Source: a virus
Length of the DNA stretch: 64,000 bases
Virus record (IMG/VR): IMGVR_UViG_3300030616_000250
Coordinates: 1-64,000 of that record
Reading direction: 5' to 3' (one strand)
Shown here: positions 35,668-46,287 of the stretch, in pieces
Position numbering within the stretch: position 1 is the stretch's first letter
Layout: each line of letters opens with the position of its first letter
Program-made: the position numbers and the translations under genes
The notes under the pieces: model-generated
The model's database searches: none
What the model was told of the DNA's origin: nothing
What the model saw: the letters and a program-made list of their open reading frames with translations, nothing else

Positions 35668-37730
35668 ATAAAAGCTCCGGTTTATATAGCCCCCCTTCAA
35701 TAATGAAAGCTAACTATCGCAGCATAAGGTCAAGCAATACAGAAAAAGTAAAGCAGATATACCACGACAGGGAAAACGCAAAGAGGGCAATGCAGGGCGA
35801 TTATGACAGGGCGGTAATTGCTAACGAGTTTGTATTTGCTCTCAGCGGTATGCAGTGGTATGAAAAAGAACGCAAGAGACTTGACGAAGATGACCGATAC
35901 GCATACCAGTTTAACGTACTTACTCCAAAACTTTACACTATGGCAGGGGCTATTATTACAGACCTCCCAGACATAGACTGGTCGCCGATTGAGGGCGCAC
36001 GGACTACAGGAACGGAAGCAGTGAAATCAACCTTCTTTACAGATAAAGAGCTTTGTGATTGGCAGTGGAACCTTGTCATGCACTTTATAGGAATGCTTAC
36101 CCACGATTCATGGATACAAATGGTTGAGACAAAGAAACATCATCCTCTGGGAAACATAGCCCTTGAATGGTTAAGGCCGGGTTCTTTTGTACCATCAGCG
36201 TACTGGAAATCCAATAACGACAGGGATTGCAAAGAGGGATACAAGTCAACCTATCTTACCGCAGAAGGGATTAAGTTCAAGTATGAAGTAAACAACGAAA
36301 TGATTAATCAGGCAATTGAGCGTTACAAACAGGGAAAAAGCTTGCCACCCAAAGATATAGCAGATCAGCGCGAAACCTTTCAGGGACACATAGGAGACGA
36401 GTACGAAGTCATAGAACACTTCTGGCTTGAAATGAAAAAGGACAAGCGGCTTATAGGTAGAAAAGAAGGAATGTTTCAATGGGTTCCATTTCCCATAAGT
36501 GAAGACAGGGCTTATCTTGAACAGTTTGCCACAGAGAATGAAATAGATTGGGATACCGTAGTCGAACAACCGTATGACGACATGATACAGCACGTAACCA
36601 CAGTGGCCCCCTCTTTAGACCCGGAACTCATACTCTATGACGCAAAAACGAGAGTACAGGTTAAGGGTCTTTCCTTTTTCCACTCCACTACCCAGAGATA
36701 CAAGGGAATGAATAAAGGTCTTGCCGAGACCATGATGGATATTCAGGCAACAATTAACAAACGGATAAGCCTTGAAACAGAGTTAATCGAAAAGGCTAAC
36801 GGGGGGAGTCAGTTAGTAAATAAAATGCTGTTTGACGATGATAAGCAGGAGCGGGACTTTAAGCGTAACGCGGGGAAACCGGGAAGAAAATACTTGGTTG
36901 ACCTTGATAAAGTTCAAAAAACAGTGGAGAATGTTCACCCCGCAGACTATCCTTCTGCGCTTATGTCTCAGATTCAGTTAATGGTGGAAACACTTTTACC
37001 AATGGTATCTCAGGTATCGGATTCATGGAGTGCCGAAAGTGCGTCAGGGGAATCTGGAATACTCTATGAGCGCAAGGTTCAAATGAACAAAATAGCCACT
37101 CTGGTTTATGATGAAGCCGTTAAGCAATTAATGAACCACATAGGCGAGGCTTATTTCTATCAATGGCAAATTACCTATGGAGACGTAGAGCGCACAATAA
37201 ACATAGAGGGCGGGAAGAAACAGGTTGTTTTAAACGAACAGATGGATGAAATGGGAACCGTAAGGAACGCACCGTTATACACCCCAAGAGTACAGATAAT
37301 CGTAAAGGAAAACCCGCGCTCACCCACAAAGAGGACTTTAACCAGACAGCTTGCAGAAGAAGCGTTACAGAGAATCAATCCCGAAGTAAATCCATTGCTC
37401 TATTTAGACCACATGGAAATGTATATAGGTGCAATTGAATACGATGACGAGAAAAAAGAACGCATAGAATCTGATATGAAAATAGAGAGAATGAACGCAG
37501 TGGCGCGGTTAATATCATCTACGGCACAGAGCACAGCCACAACGAGTCAATCTGCCTTAGCTGATATGCAGGCTAAAATGGCTATGGCAGCACAGGGACA
37601 AGCAGAGCCCGGTCAAGCACAAATAGAGGAACAGGTAACAAGCCCGGAAGAACAGATACAACAGGTTCCTCAAGCAGCACAGCAACAAGCACCCCTGGAA
37701 ACGGCGGAAGTCGGTGAACAGGGTATTTAA
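35664..37730 (+). CDS. Portal protein (P22-like)
   Basis: GMQWY...R..FN.L.P, DIQATINKRIS, SGESGILYERK; 688 aa; precedes scaffold and capsid. Confidence 0.85.
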   Translation: MNKSSGLYSPPSIMKANYRSIRSSNTEKVKQIYHDRENAKRAMQGDYDRAVIANEFVFALSGMQWYEKERKRLDEDDRYAYQFNVLTPKLYTMAGAIITDLPDIDWSPIEGARTTGTEAVKSTFFTDKELCDWQWNLVMHFIGMLTHDSWIQMVETKKHHPLGNIALEWLRPGSFVPSAYWKSNNDRDCKEGYKSTYLTAEGIKFKYEVNNEMINQAIERYKQGKSLPPKDIADQRETFQGHIGDEYEVIEHFWLEMKKDKRLIGRKEGMFQWVPFPISEDRAYLEQFATENEIDWDTVVEQPYDDMIQHVTTVAPSLDPELILYDAKTRVQVKGLSFFHSTTQRYKGMNKGLAETMMDIQATINKRISLETELIEKANGGSQLVNKMLFDDDKQERDFKRNAGKPGRKYLVDLDKVQKTVENVHPADYPSALMSQIQLMVETLLPMVSQVSDSWSAESASGESGILYERKVQMNKIATLVYDEAVKQLMNHIGEAYFYQWQITYGDVERTINIEGGKKQVVLNEQMDEMGTVRNAPLYTPRVQIIVKENPRSPTKRTLTRQLAEEALQRINPEVNPLLYLDHMEMYIGAIEYDDEKKERIESDMKIERMNAVARLISSTAQSTATTSQSALADMQAKMAMAAQGQAEPGQAQIEEQVTSPEEQIQQVPQAAQQQAPLETAEVGEQGI

Positions 37731-37828
37731 TAAATTTCTAACGTGGCGGGATTTTATGAACCACACAAACCTACCTAGAGTAGCGGTTTTTAAAAGACCA
37801 CATAAACCCACAAGGAAAGGGGAATAGT

Positions 37829-39307
37829 ATGGCTGAAGAAAGCCAACAGGAAACAATGACTTTTGAGAGTGAAGAGGCAAGGGCGGAAGCTCTCGACGCA
37901 CTGGATGACAAGCCCGAAAATCTTGACCAGTTGCAGAAAATCCGGGATGCTGAAATAAAAGCCCCTTCTGAGGAAGAATCTTCTGAAGAAGAATCAACCA
38001 CAGAAGAGACCAAAACTGAGGAAGCGGCTGAAGAAAAACCCGCAAGTCAGGAAGAGGTTAAAGAAACTCCAAAAGAACCATTTACTGTTAAACCGGAAGA
38101 TTTACCTGAAGGGATTAAAACTCCCGGTGAATTAGCTAAATCCTGGAAAGAAGCGCAAGACCTGATTAAACGTCAGGGAGAGCGTATTCAAAAAGACCAG
38201 GAACGTATGGCTGAGTTATCAGCAAGCACTCAAAGGGCTGACTTTGCCGAAACCGAGCTTAAAACGGTTCAGAAAGAGGTGGGAGCCGAACAGAAAAAAG
38301 CCGAAGAGGACAAAGAGGTTCCCGAAAGCCAGTTGAGTAAGATTATGGCGCTTCAGGAGGAGTTAACTAAAATAGAAGACCCCTTTGATGAACGAGCCAT
38401 TGCAATCAATAAAGAATTGATTCCCTTGCAGAACAAGGAAATCATGCGAACTAATATGATTGTAAACAAAGCCAACGATGAGATGCAGAGTCTCAGGCAA
38501 ACTGTCACCGATTATCAATCCCGGCAGGACGAGTCTTCGTTAGCTGAAAAGAATAAGGTTGAATTAAGGAAGCAGTTGGAAGAAATGGATGAATTCGCAA
38601 AGATGGATGAATACAAGGATGAATACGGAATGTCCATTCCCGCTGCGGAAGCTGACCAGAAATACATTGACTGGAGAAATCAGGTAGCAATCCAGTATTA
38701 TGGTACTTTGCCCAATGACAGTACGGAAGAGGGTAGAGAGCAGTTAAACTATGCAATGTATATGCTTAAACAGCGAAGCCCTGATTTGATTAAAAAACTT
38801 CAGGAAGCCCAGGTTCCGATAGAGCCCACAAAAGATTTGGAAAGTTATCTGAAACTTTGTGAGCTTCTGGATGAACGGGACTGTATTCGCTACGATCCGG
38901 TTACAAGGAAAAGGGTTCAATTAACCCGTTTCAATCCCAAAACCGGAAAGCATGAGGCTGTCAGTTTTCCGACCTTAAAGGCAACTATTGAACATAAGCG
39001 CGTGGAAAGTGGTTATTACAAGCAAAAGGAGCTTGATGCGAACAAGAAAGGTGCCAAGAGTATGGCTGATGCCATTACCAAACGAGACACCAAAGAGCTT
39101 GAAAATGACACAGGAAGCGTTGCAGGTGTTGAAATGACTGCAGAAGCCGCTATGAAAACTCTGGCAGACTTCGACATGGATACGGCTTACAAAAAGTATT
39201 ATCAGACCGGAGATACTAAGGTCTTTGATGAATATAACAATGCCCGTCTAAAGATGGGTATGCCAAAAATGGATTTATCAAATGTTGCTACAGTAAATAA
39301 AGTGTAA
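37829..39307 (+). CDS. Capsid scaffolding protein
   Basis: Very acidic N-terminus, coiled coil, between portal and capsid. Confidence 0.75.
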   Translation: MAEESQQETMTFESEEARAEALDALDDKPENLDQLQKIRDAEIKAPSEEESSEEESTTEETKTEEAAEEKPASQEEVKETPKEPFTVKPEDLPEGIKTPGELAKSWKEAQDLIKRQGERIQKDQERMAELSASTQRADFAETELKTVQKEVGAEQKKAEEDKEVPESQLSKIMALQEELTKIEDPFDERAIAINKELIPLQNKEIMRTNMIVNKANDEMQSLRQTVTDYQSRQDESSLAEKNKVELRKQLEEMDEFAKMDEYKDEYGMSIPAAEADQKYIDWRNQVAIQYYGTLPNDSTEEGREQLNYAMYMLKQRSPDLIKKLQEAQVPIEPTKDLESYLKLCELLDERDCIRYDPVTRKRVQLTRFNPKTGKHEAVSFPTLKATIEHKRVESGYYKQKELDANKKGAKSMADAITKRDTKELENDTGSVAGVEMTAEAAMKTLADFDMDTAYKKYYQTGDTKVFDEYNNARLKMGMPKMDLSNVATVNKV

Positions 39308-39350
39308 CGTCGAAGAAGACGTGGGTAATGTTTATCGAAAGGTTTGACAC

Positions 39351-40601
39351 ATGGGTGTAGGCGTATTACCCCCGAATCAATTAGCCGCTAATAGTATTAT
39401 TAAGGGCTATGATAAAGAACTGCGTATGAAATCCGCACTGGATGATATCTATGAAGATTCCAGTGGGATGTACGTGTTGGAAAAAGAGCAGGTTCCTAAC
39501 GCTATACGTATGGTTGTGGACAAAACTGAAAAAGTCAAGTCAAATAATGTCACTATTACTATGGTTCTCAGGCTTGGCGGCGGTGGAGTTTATGACCCCA
39601 ATATATTGATAGGAACAGAGGCGCGACCCGTCACCAAGAGTTTTACTATTTACTACAATATTTGTCGTAAAGCGGTAACGACTCCGGGCTATGGCCCTGA
39701 TGACGAAGACGCAAAACCTTACGGACTTTATGAGAAGTGGGTTGACCAGTTAGCTTTGTGGAACAAGGAACATCATGGATGGAGTATCCGCCAGACTATT
39801 CTCGAACAGTATGGCGAAACCGTTGTACATGGACGTACCGCACCGTTCTGTCAGAGAAACTGGACTCCCAATATTCTCGTAGCAGGTATGGGATGGAGAA
39901 GTATGCAGGTTCCGTATAATACGAACCGGGCAAACTATACCACTGCCATTGTTAACAGGATTGTTACCTCTGGTGGAGGCTCCTTAGCTCCTCTCGTAAC
40001 TCAGACAATGAACGTACCGAACCTTACCAATGCACAGAATCTCGCGTTGGAAAATCGTATTGAAATGCTTAAAATACCGGGGCTTCCGGGTGGTAAGGGT
40101 TGGATATTAACTATGGGTGAAATCCAGTATGCGTTTCTCGGTGATGCAACATGGTCACAGAGAAATCTCGGTTCACTGTATGTCGCAAAGGCGGCTTTGC
40201 CCGACACGGTTCAAAAGTGGCGCGGTGTTGAAGGTGCTTACAAAAACTTCCTGTTAGTTCAGGATATGATGCAGCCGACCCTGATAATTTCAGGTACTTC
40301 CGAACCCTGGGGTATGACCGCAGGATATGTTGAGCCGGGTGACAGCGACCAGAGACAGAGAAATAATTCAATGACCAGAGACACTGCTAATATTCTCGGA
40401 AAAGCAGCGGTTGTAGATTGGGGCAAAATGCCTCTCAGACACGTAAAACAGGATGATGACTATGAGTACGTTATGGGTCATGGTACTGCGGTGTGTGAGG
40501 GTGTGCAGATGCCTATTTACGACCAGCAGGTTCCGGGTGTGCAGACGCACGAGCAGTATAGCTCAATGGTTATGATTCTCGGATTGCCCGATTATGTATA
40601 A
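39351..40601 (+). CDS. Major capsid protein (N4-gp56/DUF4043-like)
   Basis: 416 aa; follows scaffold; followed by strong terminator; LIGTE, ILGKAA, DDYE motifs. Confidence 0.78.
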   Translation: MGVGVLPPNQLAANSIIKGYDKELRMKSALDDIYEDSSGMYVLEKEQVPNAIRMVVDKTEKVKSNNVTITMVLRLGGGGVYDPNILIGTEARPVTKSFTIYYNICRKAVTTPGYGPDDEDAKPYGLYEKWVDQLALWNKEHHGWSIRQTILEQYGETVVHGRTAPFCQRNWTPNILVAGMGWRSMQVPYNTNRANYTTAIVNRIVTSGGGSLAPLVTQTMNVPNLTNAQNLALENRIEMLKIPGLPGGKGWILTMGEIQYAFLGDATWSQRNLGSLYVAKAALPDTVQKWRGVEGAYKNFLLVQDMMQPTLIISGTSEPWGMTAGYVEPGDSDQRQRNNSMTRDTANILGKAAVVDWGKMPLRHVKQDDDYEYVMGHGTAVCEGVQMPIYDQQVPGVQTHEQYSSMVMILGLPDYV

Positions 40602-40608
40602 TTTTAAC

Positions 40609-40636
40609 GGGGGAGGCTTCGGCCTCCTCCTCTTTT
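40609..40636 (+). terminator. Rho-independent terminator after capsid gene
   Basis: GGGGGAGGC-TTCG-GCCTCCTCC-TCTTTT. Confidence 0.85.
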
Positions 40637-40658
40637 GTAACCCGAAGGAGGGAAAGTA

Positions 40659-41273
40659 ATGAGTTTAGGTAGAATCGACCAGGAACAGGAAGAATTTGCA
40701 TTAAGGAGACAGGCCGCAATAGAAGAGTCAGGAAAGGAATTTATCAGCCTGAAGCTTAAAGACGTGAGATTCCGCAATGTTGCGGGTATAATGGAAGTTA
40801 ATGCAGTTCCTTATAATGAGGGAATGGAAGAAAAGTGGCATTTTGAAATGAGAGGTGGAAGTGCTCATTTCCAGAGAGACCGGGCAAGAGGTGGCGGATG
40901 GTACGATAAATGGGTTAAAGTAGACCACAATATGAGATTTCTTGCGTCCCATTACGACCCCGATCCTCTAAAAAGATATTGGGAAATTGAGGACAAGAAA
41001 ATTGAAAAAGAGGTCATTAAGATTCACAGCAAAATGGCTAAAGTTGCGAGGACGGTGCCGCTTGAAATCATGGATTTGAAGGACAAGATTAAAGAGGTTG
41101 ACAACGAACTCTTACTTTGTGATAAGGTCAAAGAGCCTTTACTGAGAAAAAGGAAACAGGAATTGCTTGAACGCATAGTTAAGATTACAACCGGAAGTGA
41201 TGATATCATACAGGGAAACGCACCGGTAAGCAAGGAGCCGGTATCGGACAGTGTAGATATTAAGGAGAAGTAA
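40659..41273 (+). CDS. Hypothetical virion-module protein
   Basis: Strong RBS; position. Confidence 0.6.
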   Translation: MSLGRIDQEQEEFALRRQAAIEESGKEFISLKLKDVRFRNVAGIMEVNAVPYNEGMEEKWHFEMRGGSAHFQRDRARGGGWYDKWVKVDHNMRFLASHYDPDPLKRYWEIEDKKIEKEVIKIHSKMAKVARTVPLEIMDLKDKIKEVDNELLLCDKVKEPLLRKRKQELLERIVKITTGSDDIIQGNAPVSKEPVSDSVDIKEK

Positions 41274-41962
41274 TGAATGCCGACGAAGTATTAAACATGC
41301 TTGAAGTACAATGTGACGGGGTGCTGAGGGACGGCCCTAACGGGCTTACGTTTTTTCTGAGAATCGTAAATGATATTTTCGGGAAAACCCCGTCTGAGCA
41401 GCATGTTGTTTTTGACGAATCCACCGGGAAGTTACCGACTTTTGATACTAAGAGTGGTGACTATAAATATGAGGCACCTTCTAATATATGGAGGGTAGCG
41501 GGTGTTATGGTGGAATCGGACGCTACGTTGGGAAGCTGTGTTAGCAGGCAGGATTACGGCTATTCTTCGAGTAGGAACGCAAGCGCAAAGACAGAGCGCA
41601 TTGTTATAGCCAATATATCTTATATAAGAATACCGTATATCCGCTCTCACGACGCAGAGGAAAACGCTAATGCGTGGGTGTTATTTACTACTAATCCCGG
41701 CGATACAACGGGTTTATACAGGTGGTACGGGTATAATTTACCTACTCCTGTTTTATCTGACTCTATTCAGTTATGTGAAAGTTCCGATAGTTATGTATGG
41801 GCGTATATATTTCCGGCTGTGACTAAAATGGTTCAGGCATTTAAAAACGGAGATTTTCTTGCGGCACACGCTGATATTGAAGTATTGGCGGATAAGTACC
41901 GCAGGGAAAAGAACAAAGGGGAACAGGGCGAGGACTCTGACGCAATAGATTATGGATTTTAA
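41273..41962 (+). CDS. Head-tail adaptor / tail tubular protein A-like
   Basis: Size and position; helical ends with a beta-rich middle (YKYEAPSN, NPGDT...Y). Confidence 0.6.
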   Translation: MNADEVLNMLEVQCDGVLRDGPNGLTFFLRIVNDIFGKTPSEQHVVFDESTGKLPTFDTKSGDYKYEAPSNIWRVAGVMVESDATLGSCVSRQDYGYSSSRNASAKTERIVIANISYIRIPYIRSHDAEENANAWVLFTTNPGDTTGLYRWYGYNLPTPVLSDSIQLCESSDSYVWAYIFPAVTKMVQAFKNGDFLAAHADIEVLADKYRREKNKGEQGEDSDAIDYGF

Positions 41963-44131
41963 ATGCGTAAACTGTTACAACCGTCTAATAACAAACAGGA
42001 CAGGGCGTATACTCCTGCTGAAAAGATAGATTATTTTCAGTATGGAATTATTAAAGATGCGCCCGCTTGCCGTATTCCCCGTCCCGGTTCTCTCGCGGAT
42101 GCCTTAAATGTTATAGTCTATCCCACAGAGGTTCAAGGGCGTACCGGCTCAAAGCTATATACCGAGCTATTGCCCCCGTCTATTTTCGGTAAAACAGGAA
42201 TTACCGCTTCTAAATCCAACGACATAATTACCACGACCACAAACGTATTTGAATATGGTGATGTGGGGAACTTTTTTGTGTGGCCTGGAGAGATTGAGGA
42301 GCACGATGAAATCATAGAGTATTTAAGCCCCACTCAGGTAAAGACCTCTGTATTAGGGAACAAAAACAAGCTCATTCTCGGTTGTTATTTAAGGGGCAAG
42401 AACAACGCTCATTTTTTCCACAGGCAGCGCAAGAGGTGGATGCGTCAGTTTGGAAAGAATTTCTATAACGCAGATATCCCAATGAGCGCATGGGATGAAT
42501 CAATAATAGTATCAAGGGACGTTCCGAGCAATACAAAATCAGGGTATAGCAGTTTCGATGAATATTCAGGGGTGTATTTTAATTCCAATGGAATATTCCA
42601 TATTGACATGGAAATTACCCCGTCTATCGCGTATAAGATTAATTGCCCGGTTCCAAATGTTGAGATACAGGGGAATCGCTTAGACAGCTTGTCCTTTGCG
42701 TTTAGATACAAATATGGCGCGGCGCGGTTTTCGGGCAACCAGACTCTCAGAACTCGCTTAGACCCTATACGCATAGAAACGGAGACCGGGACTAACGAGG
42801 AGGATGTTGAGACCAATATAGCCGGACTGGATAAGGTTTATCTGAGTCAACCAATTAGCGAGGATGAGCCAAACATAATAGGCCCGTTCTGGGTTCCAAT
42901 AGTACCTAACACCAATCCGCAGGAATATCAATGGCACTATACCCACTATCCGGTATGGAGGACGGGGGATACCGAACATCTTTACTCTAAGACCGGGTAT
43001 TTTGATTCGGCAAACGGAACCTTTAATGACCCGGAACGGTTTATCTGGTGTCACGATTTAAGAATAATGGGAGCCTTTTTTGGCAGGAAAAGAAATGGAA
43101 TTGTTGAAGCATGGGTAGGAGAGTTTGAAATAGCCGATGTAGGGTGTGTACTCGAATGGGACAACGGGGACAGGGATGAGATTATTGCATACATAGACAA
43201 GTATCATGTGAGGATTGAATGGACGGGTGATGAATATTACGAAGAAGAATATATAGGAGCGTGTTGCATAGGTAACGGTAGAGTAATGAGAGCGACCCAG
43301 AACGGTTATGTAATCACACGAACCCACGGGAGTACATTTACATCAAATGACCTGAGAAAGACTATTCAATGGGCAAACGGTTACAGATCGTACATAATGG
43401 AAGTCATAGGGCCGAACAAGGTAAGGGTGCATAATTCACTCAATCAGGAAGTACAGGGGCTTACCTTAGACCCGCGATATCGCTATTTCAACGACACGGT
43501 GACGGATAACCAGTTGAGAGCAAGGATATCGAGTCTTTTACTTAGAAACCGCTTTTGGGAGGCTATGCCTAATTGTAATATGGGAGTAGTTGCACCGGGA
43601 TTTATGGTAACAGGTATTCGCAATTACGGGGAAGTAAATTACTGCCAGCTTCCTCTCAATTACGAATATATGGCGGGATACCATAATAAAGGTTATCAGT
43701 TCTCCAAAGACATCAAAGATGACATTCAGCAAATGTGGGTATTTGAGAATGAGGTAATTATATGGACTTCCTCAGATACGTACCATGTGGCTACAAACAT
43801 GCCTGATATGGTCACAGTACCGGAAATAGGAGAAGCAGTGGCAGTTCTACCGGGAATAGAAGTATTGTGTCCCAATATCGGTTGTTTCGATCACGGAAGC
43901 ATAAAGGATATAGGAAACGGGCAGATACGACTTTTAACCAGTGAGCCGGGATTTGTGGGAATGAGAGATTTTAACGGGCACTCTTACTCTGAAAACAAAG
44001 CTTATGCTATGGATTTGGGTATGGGTAGAATGTCCAAAGACTTAAACAATTTATATCATGCCACTGCAAGTATTTATAACGGGCATGATGGATATGTATT
44101 GTGGGGTAGGGTAAATGCCAACAGTGATTGA
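41963..44131 (+). CDS. Tail nozzle / P22 gp10-like stabilization protein, N-terminal part
   Basis: LADALNVI...VQGRTG start; DVGNFF..., IIIWT and NIGCFDHGSI propeller-like motifs. Confidence 0.6.
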   Translation: MRKLLQPSNNKQDRAYTPAEKIDYFQYGIIKDAPACRIPRPGSLADALNVIVYPTEVQGRTGSKLYTELLPPSIFGKTGITASKSNDIITTTTNVFEYGDVGNFFVWPGEIEEHDEIIEYLSPTQVKTSVLGNKNKLILGCYLRGKNNAHFFHRQRKRWMRQFGKNFYNADIPMSAWDESIIVSRDVPSNTKSGYSSFDEYSGVYFNSNGIFHIDMEITPSIAYKINCPVPNVEIQGNRLDSLSFAFRYKYGAARFSGNQTLRTRLDPIRIETETGTNEEDVETNIAGLDKVYLSQPISEDEPNIIGPFWVPIVPNTNPQEYQWHYTHYPVWRTGDTEHLYSKTGYFDSANGTFNDPERFIWCHDLRIMGAFFGRKRNGIVEAWVGEFEIADVGCVLEWDNGDRDEIIAYIDKYHVRIEWTGDEYYEEEYIGACCIGNGRVMRATQNGYVITRTHGSTFTSNDLRKTIQWANGYRSYIMEVIGPNKVRVHNSLNQEVQGLTLDPRYRYFNDTVTDNQLRARISSLLLRNRFWEAMPNCNMGVVAPGFMVTGIRNYGEVNYCQLPLNYEYMAGYHNKGYQFSKDIKDDIQQMWVFENEVIIWTSSDTYHVATNMPDMVTVPEIGEAVAVLPGIEVLCPNIGCFDHGSIKDIGNGQIRLLTSEPGFVGMRDFNGHSYSENKAYAMDLGMGRMSKDLNNLYHATASIYNGHDGYVLWGRVNANSD

Positions 44132-44312
44132 TTTAGACCTGTTTTATGGAGGGATTGACGCAACACCGAGAAACGGATATGCGCCTTTGGGTGTGCAATT
44201 CACAGATGGAAATGTATACAATGCAATTATAGAAAAATCTGATACCGATTATATTCCTGATATCATTATAGAAGACAGTTCTGTAGTAGACAAAGTTATT
44301 ATAGAGAGGTAA
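44115..44312 (+). CDS. Small protein with the N-terminal half of a PKD domain
   Basis: IDATPRNGYAPLGVQFTD. Confidence 0.55.
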   Translation: MPTVIDLDLFYGGIDATPRNGYAPLGVQFTDGNVYNAIIEKSDTDYIPDIIIEDSSVVDKVIIER

Positions 44313-44315
44313 ATT

Positions 44316-45203
44316 ATGCCAATTTATACGAATCCTATTTACATCAATGTAAGGCGAAGACATTTTAAAACCCGTTCTGCAATGAAATCCGACATGGCGG
44401 GCAGGCTTCAGGAGTGGGGCTATGTAGAGGATGACGACTATCTGGGAGTGTTACGGTCAGGAGCGTCAAGTTCGGACTGGAGATGGTTTTCACGCTCTAA
44501 GTTATTTGAACCCGGAACTGAGATTATCGAGAGAGTCTCTGCCGGAATAAACGATGTGGTTATTAACGAACCCGGCGCTGATGTCAATTTCAGGGTAGAA
44601 TCAGACACCCACCAGAACGCTCTCTATATGGACGGACAATACGGAAACTGGGGATTTCATACTGCTACTATTCCAGACTGGGATCACGATAATTACCATG
44701 CCATAAAAGTAGGAACTGGTACAAATGCAGGACATATATATAATGGAAACAATGATTGGGGTGTGACCCAGAATGCTTATTATGATGAGACTGATACCCG
44801 GTGGGAATATATAGTAGCTTCAAGGGCGGCAAGGTGGTACATACAGGATGGCGTGTGGACTGTTCAAAGCACCGGAGTAGGAGCAGCAGCTAATGATCCG
44901 ATAACATGGACTGACCTTATAACAGCGCGAATTGGCGAGGTAGCAATTAATGAGGGGACATCCAACGTAGATTTTAGAGTAGAATCAGATACTAATACTC
45001 ACATGTTTCATGTAGACGCAGACGCAGAACAGATAGGAATAGGTGCCGCACCGGGCTTCTTTTTTGACTTGAATTTTCCCACTAATCCGTTAGGTATGGT
45101 GGATTGTATTGTTGACCCAGGTATCACCAATATTACTCATGTTATTCAGGTTGATGTAAACGATGGAACTACAAGATATATACCAATTTATGAAACAGCG
45201 TAA
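44316..45203 (+). CDS. Tail fibre-like protein
   Basis: Two INE...V(N/D)FRVESDT repeats; NAYYD...WEY; ends RYIPIY. Confidence 0.7.
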   Translation: MPIYTNPIYINVRRRHFKTRSAMKSDMAGRLQEWGYVEDDDYLGVLRSGASSSDWRWFSRSKLFEPGTEIIERVSAGINDVVINEPGADVNFRVESDTHQNALYMDGQYGNWGFHTATIPDWDHDNYHAIKVGTGTNAGHIYNGNNDWGVTQNAYYDETDTRWEYIVASRAARWYIQDGVWTVQSTGVGAAANDPITWTDLITARIGEVAINEGTSNVDFRVESDTNTHMFHVDADAEQIGIGAAPGFFFDLNFPTNPLGMVDCIVDPGITNITHVIQVDVNDGTTRYIPIYETA

Positions 45204-45220
45204 CCCGTAAGGAGGGATAG

Positions 45221-45391
45221 ATGGAAAAAGTTGACATTACCAAGTTAAGTGTAGACAGGTTAAAGGCCATGGTGTATGACCACCAGAAAGAGTTAAGAGG
45301 ATTAAGAGAAGAGTATCAGAAAAGCGAAAGTGAAATAAAAAAGGAACTGCTTCTTTTAGAGAAAGAGATTGAGAAGAAAGAGAAGAAATGA
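45221..45391 (+). CDS. 56-aa coiled-coil protein, possible fibre chaperone (not in ORF track)
   Basis: MEKVDITKLSVDRLKAMVYD...; RBS AAGGAGG. Confidence 0.6.
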   Translation: MEKVDITKLSVDRLKAMVYDHQKELRGLREEYQKSESEIKKELLLLEKEIEKKEKK

Positions 45392-46287
45392 CTATATACA
45401 GGACAGTAGGAGTAGGTGGGGATTACGCTGATATAGGAATTGCATGTGACGCAATTGAAGCATATTACGGATTGCCTACACCTCACATTACTGATGATTG
45501 GGTGCTTACTGTTGTTTCTGATTTTACAGAAAATACAGGAGTAGACCCAACGACATTTGATGTTTTTTATGATGGATATTATATAGAAATCAGAAATCCT
45601 AATCATTATACAATTACTATTGCATCATCAGGGGGCGGATTAAAAATATTACGATTTCAGAGCCGGAGTAATTTACTAACTGATAGGATGTATTTCAATG
45701 ATTTGATTTTTGATGTGCCCTTTATTAATCCGGCAAATTCCTTTTCACTTTTGTCTTTTTTTTCTGGTGCCCAATTTAATTATGTAACAGCATTTTATAA
45801 TAATTGTGTTTTTAAGGGAAATGGTTATCAGGCTTCTGCTGCTGCACGAGGATGTAGTTTTATAGGTTTAGAAGGTTCCGCTGGTTTACAATGGAGCAAT
45901 GCGTCAATATCAAATTGTAAATTTGGTAATTATGGTACTGCTATTGGCGCCAGGACTCTTGGCGCTAACCAGATTGTAACTATTGAAAATTGTAGTAGCT
46001 ATGGTTGTTATTATGGATTGCGTCATTCTAACGCAATTGCAGCAACCATACAATATAATGTCAGAAATGTTGTTATGTCTGGTTCAGTTAGTGCTGATTA
46101 TAGCTCTGAGCTTTCAACTTTAGCAAATATCAACTTTTACAATTGCGCCGATAGTGACAATACATTAGCAACAGCAGGCGGGAACCTTTTTTCTTGCAGA
46201 CCAAACATAGTTCCAGCTGATGAATTTCAATCTTTAGATATTACTAATCCAAACTGGCTAAAGCTTAACAATGGGACATATACGTAA
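45388..46287 (+). CDS. Beta-helix (pectin lyase-like) virion protein
   Basis: VGVGGDYADI start; NNCVF, SNCKF, ENCSS repeats. Confidence 0.65.
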   Translation: MTIYRTVGVGGDYADIGIACDAIEAYYGLPTPHITDDWVLTVVSDFTENTGVDPTTFDVFYDGYYIEIRNPNHYTITIASSGGGLKILRFQSRSNLLTDRMYFNDLIFDVPFINPANSFSLLSFFSGAQFNYVTAFYNNCVFKGNGYQASAAARGCSFIGLEGSAGLQWSNASISNCKFGNYGTAIGARTLGANQIVTIENCSSYGCYYGLRHSNAIAATIQYNVRNVVMSGSVSADYSSELSTLANINFYNCADSDNTLATAGGNLFSCRPNIVPADEFQSLDITNPNWLKLNNGTYT

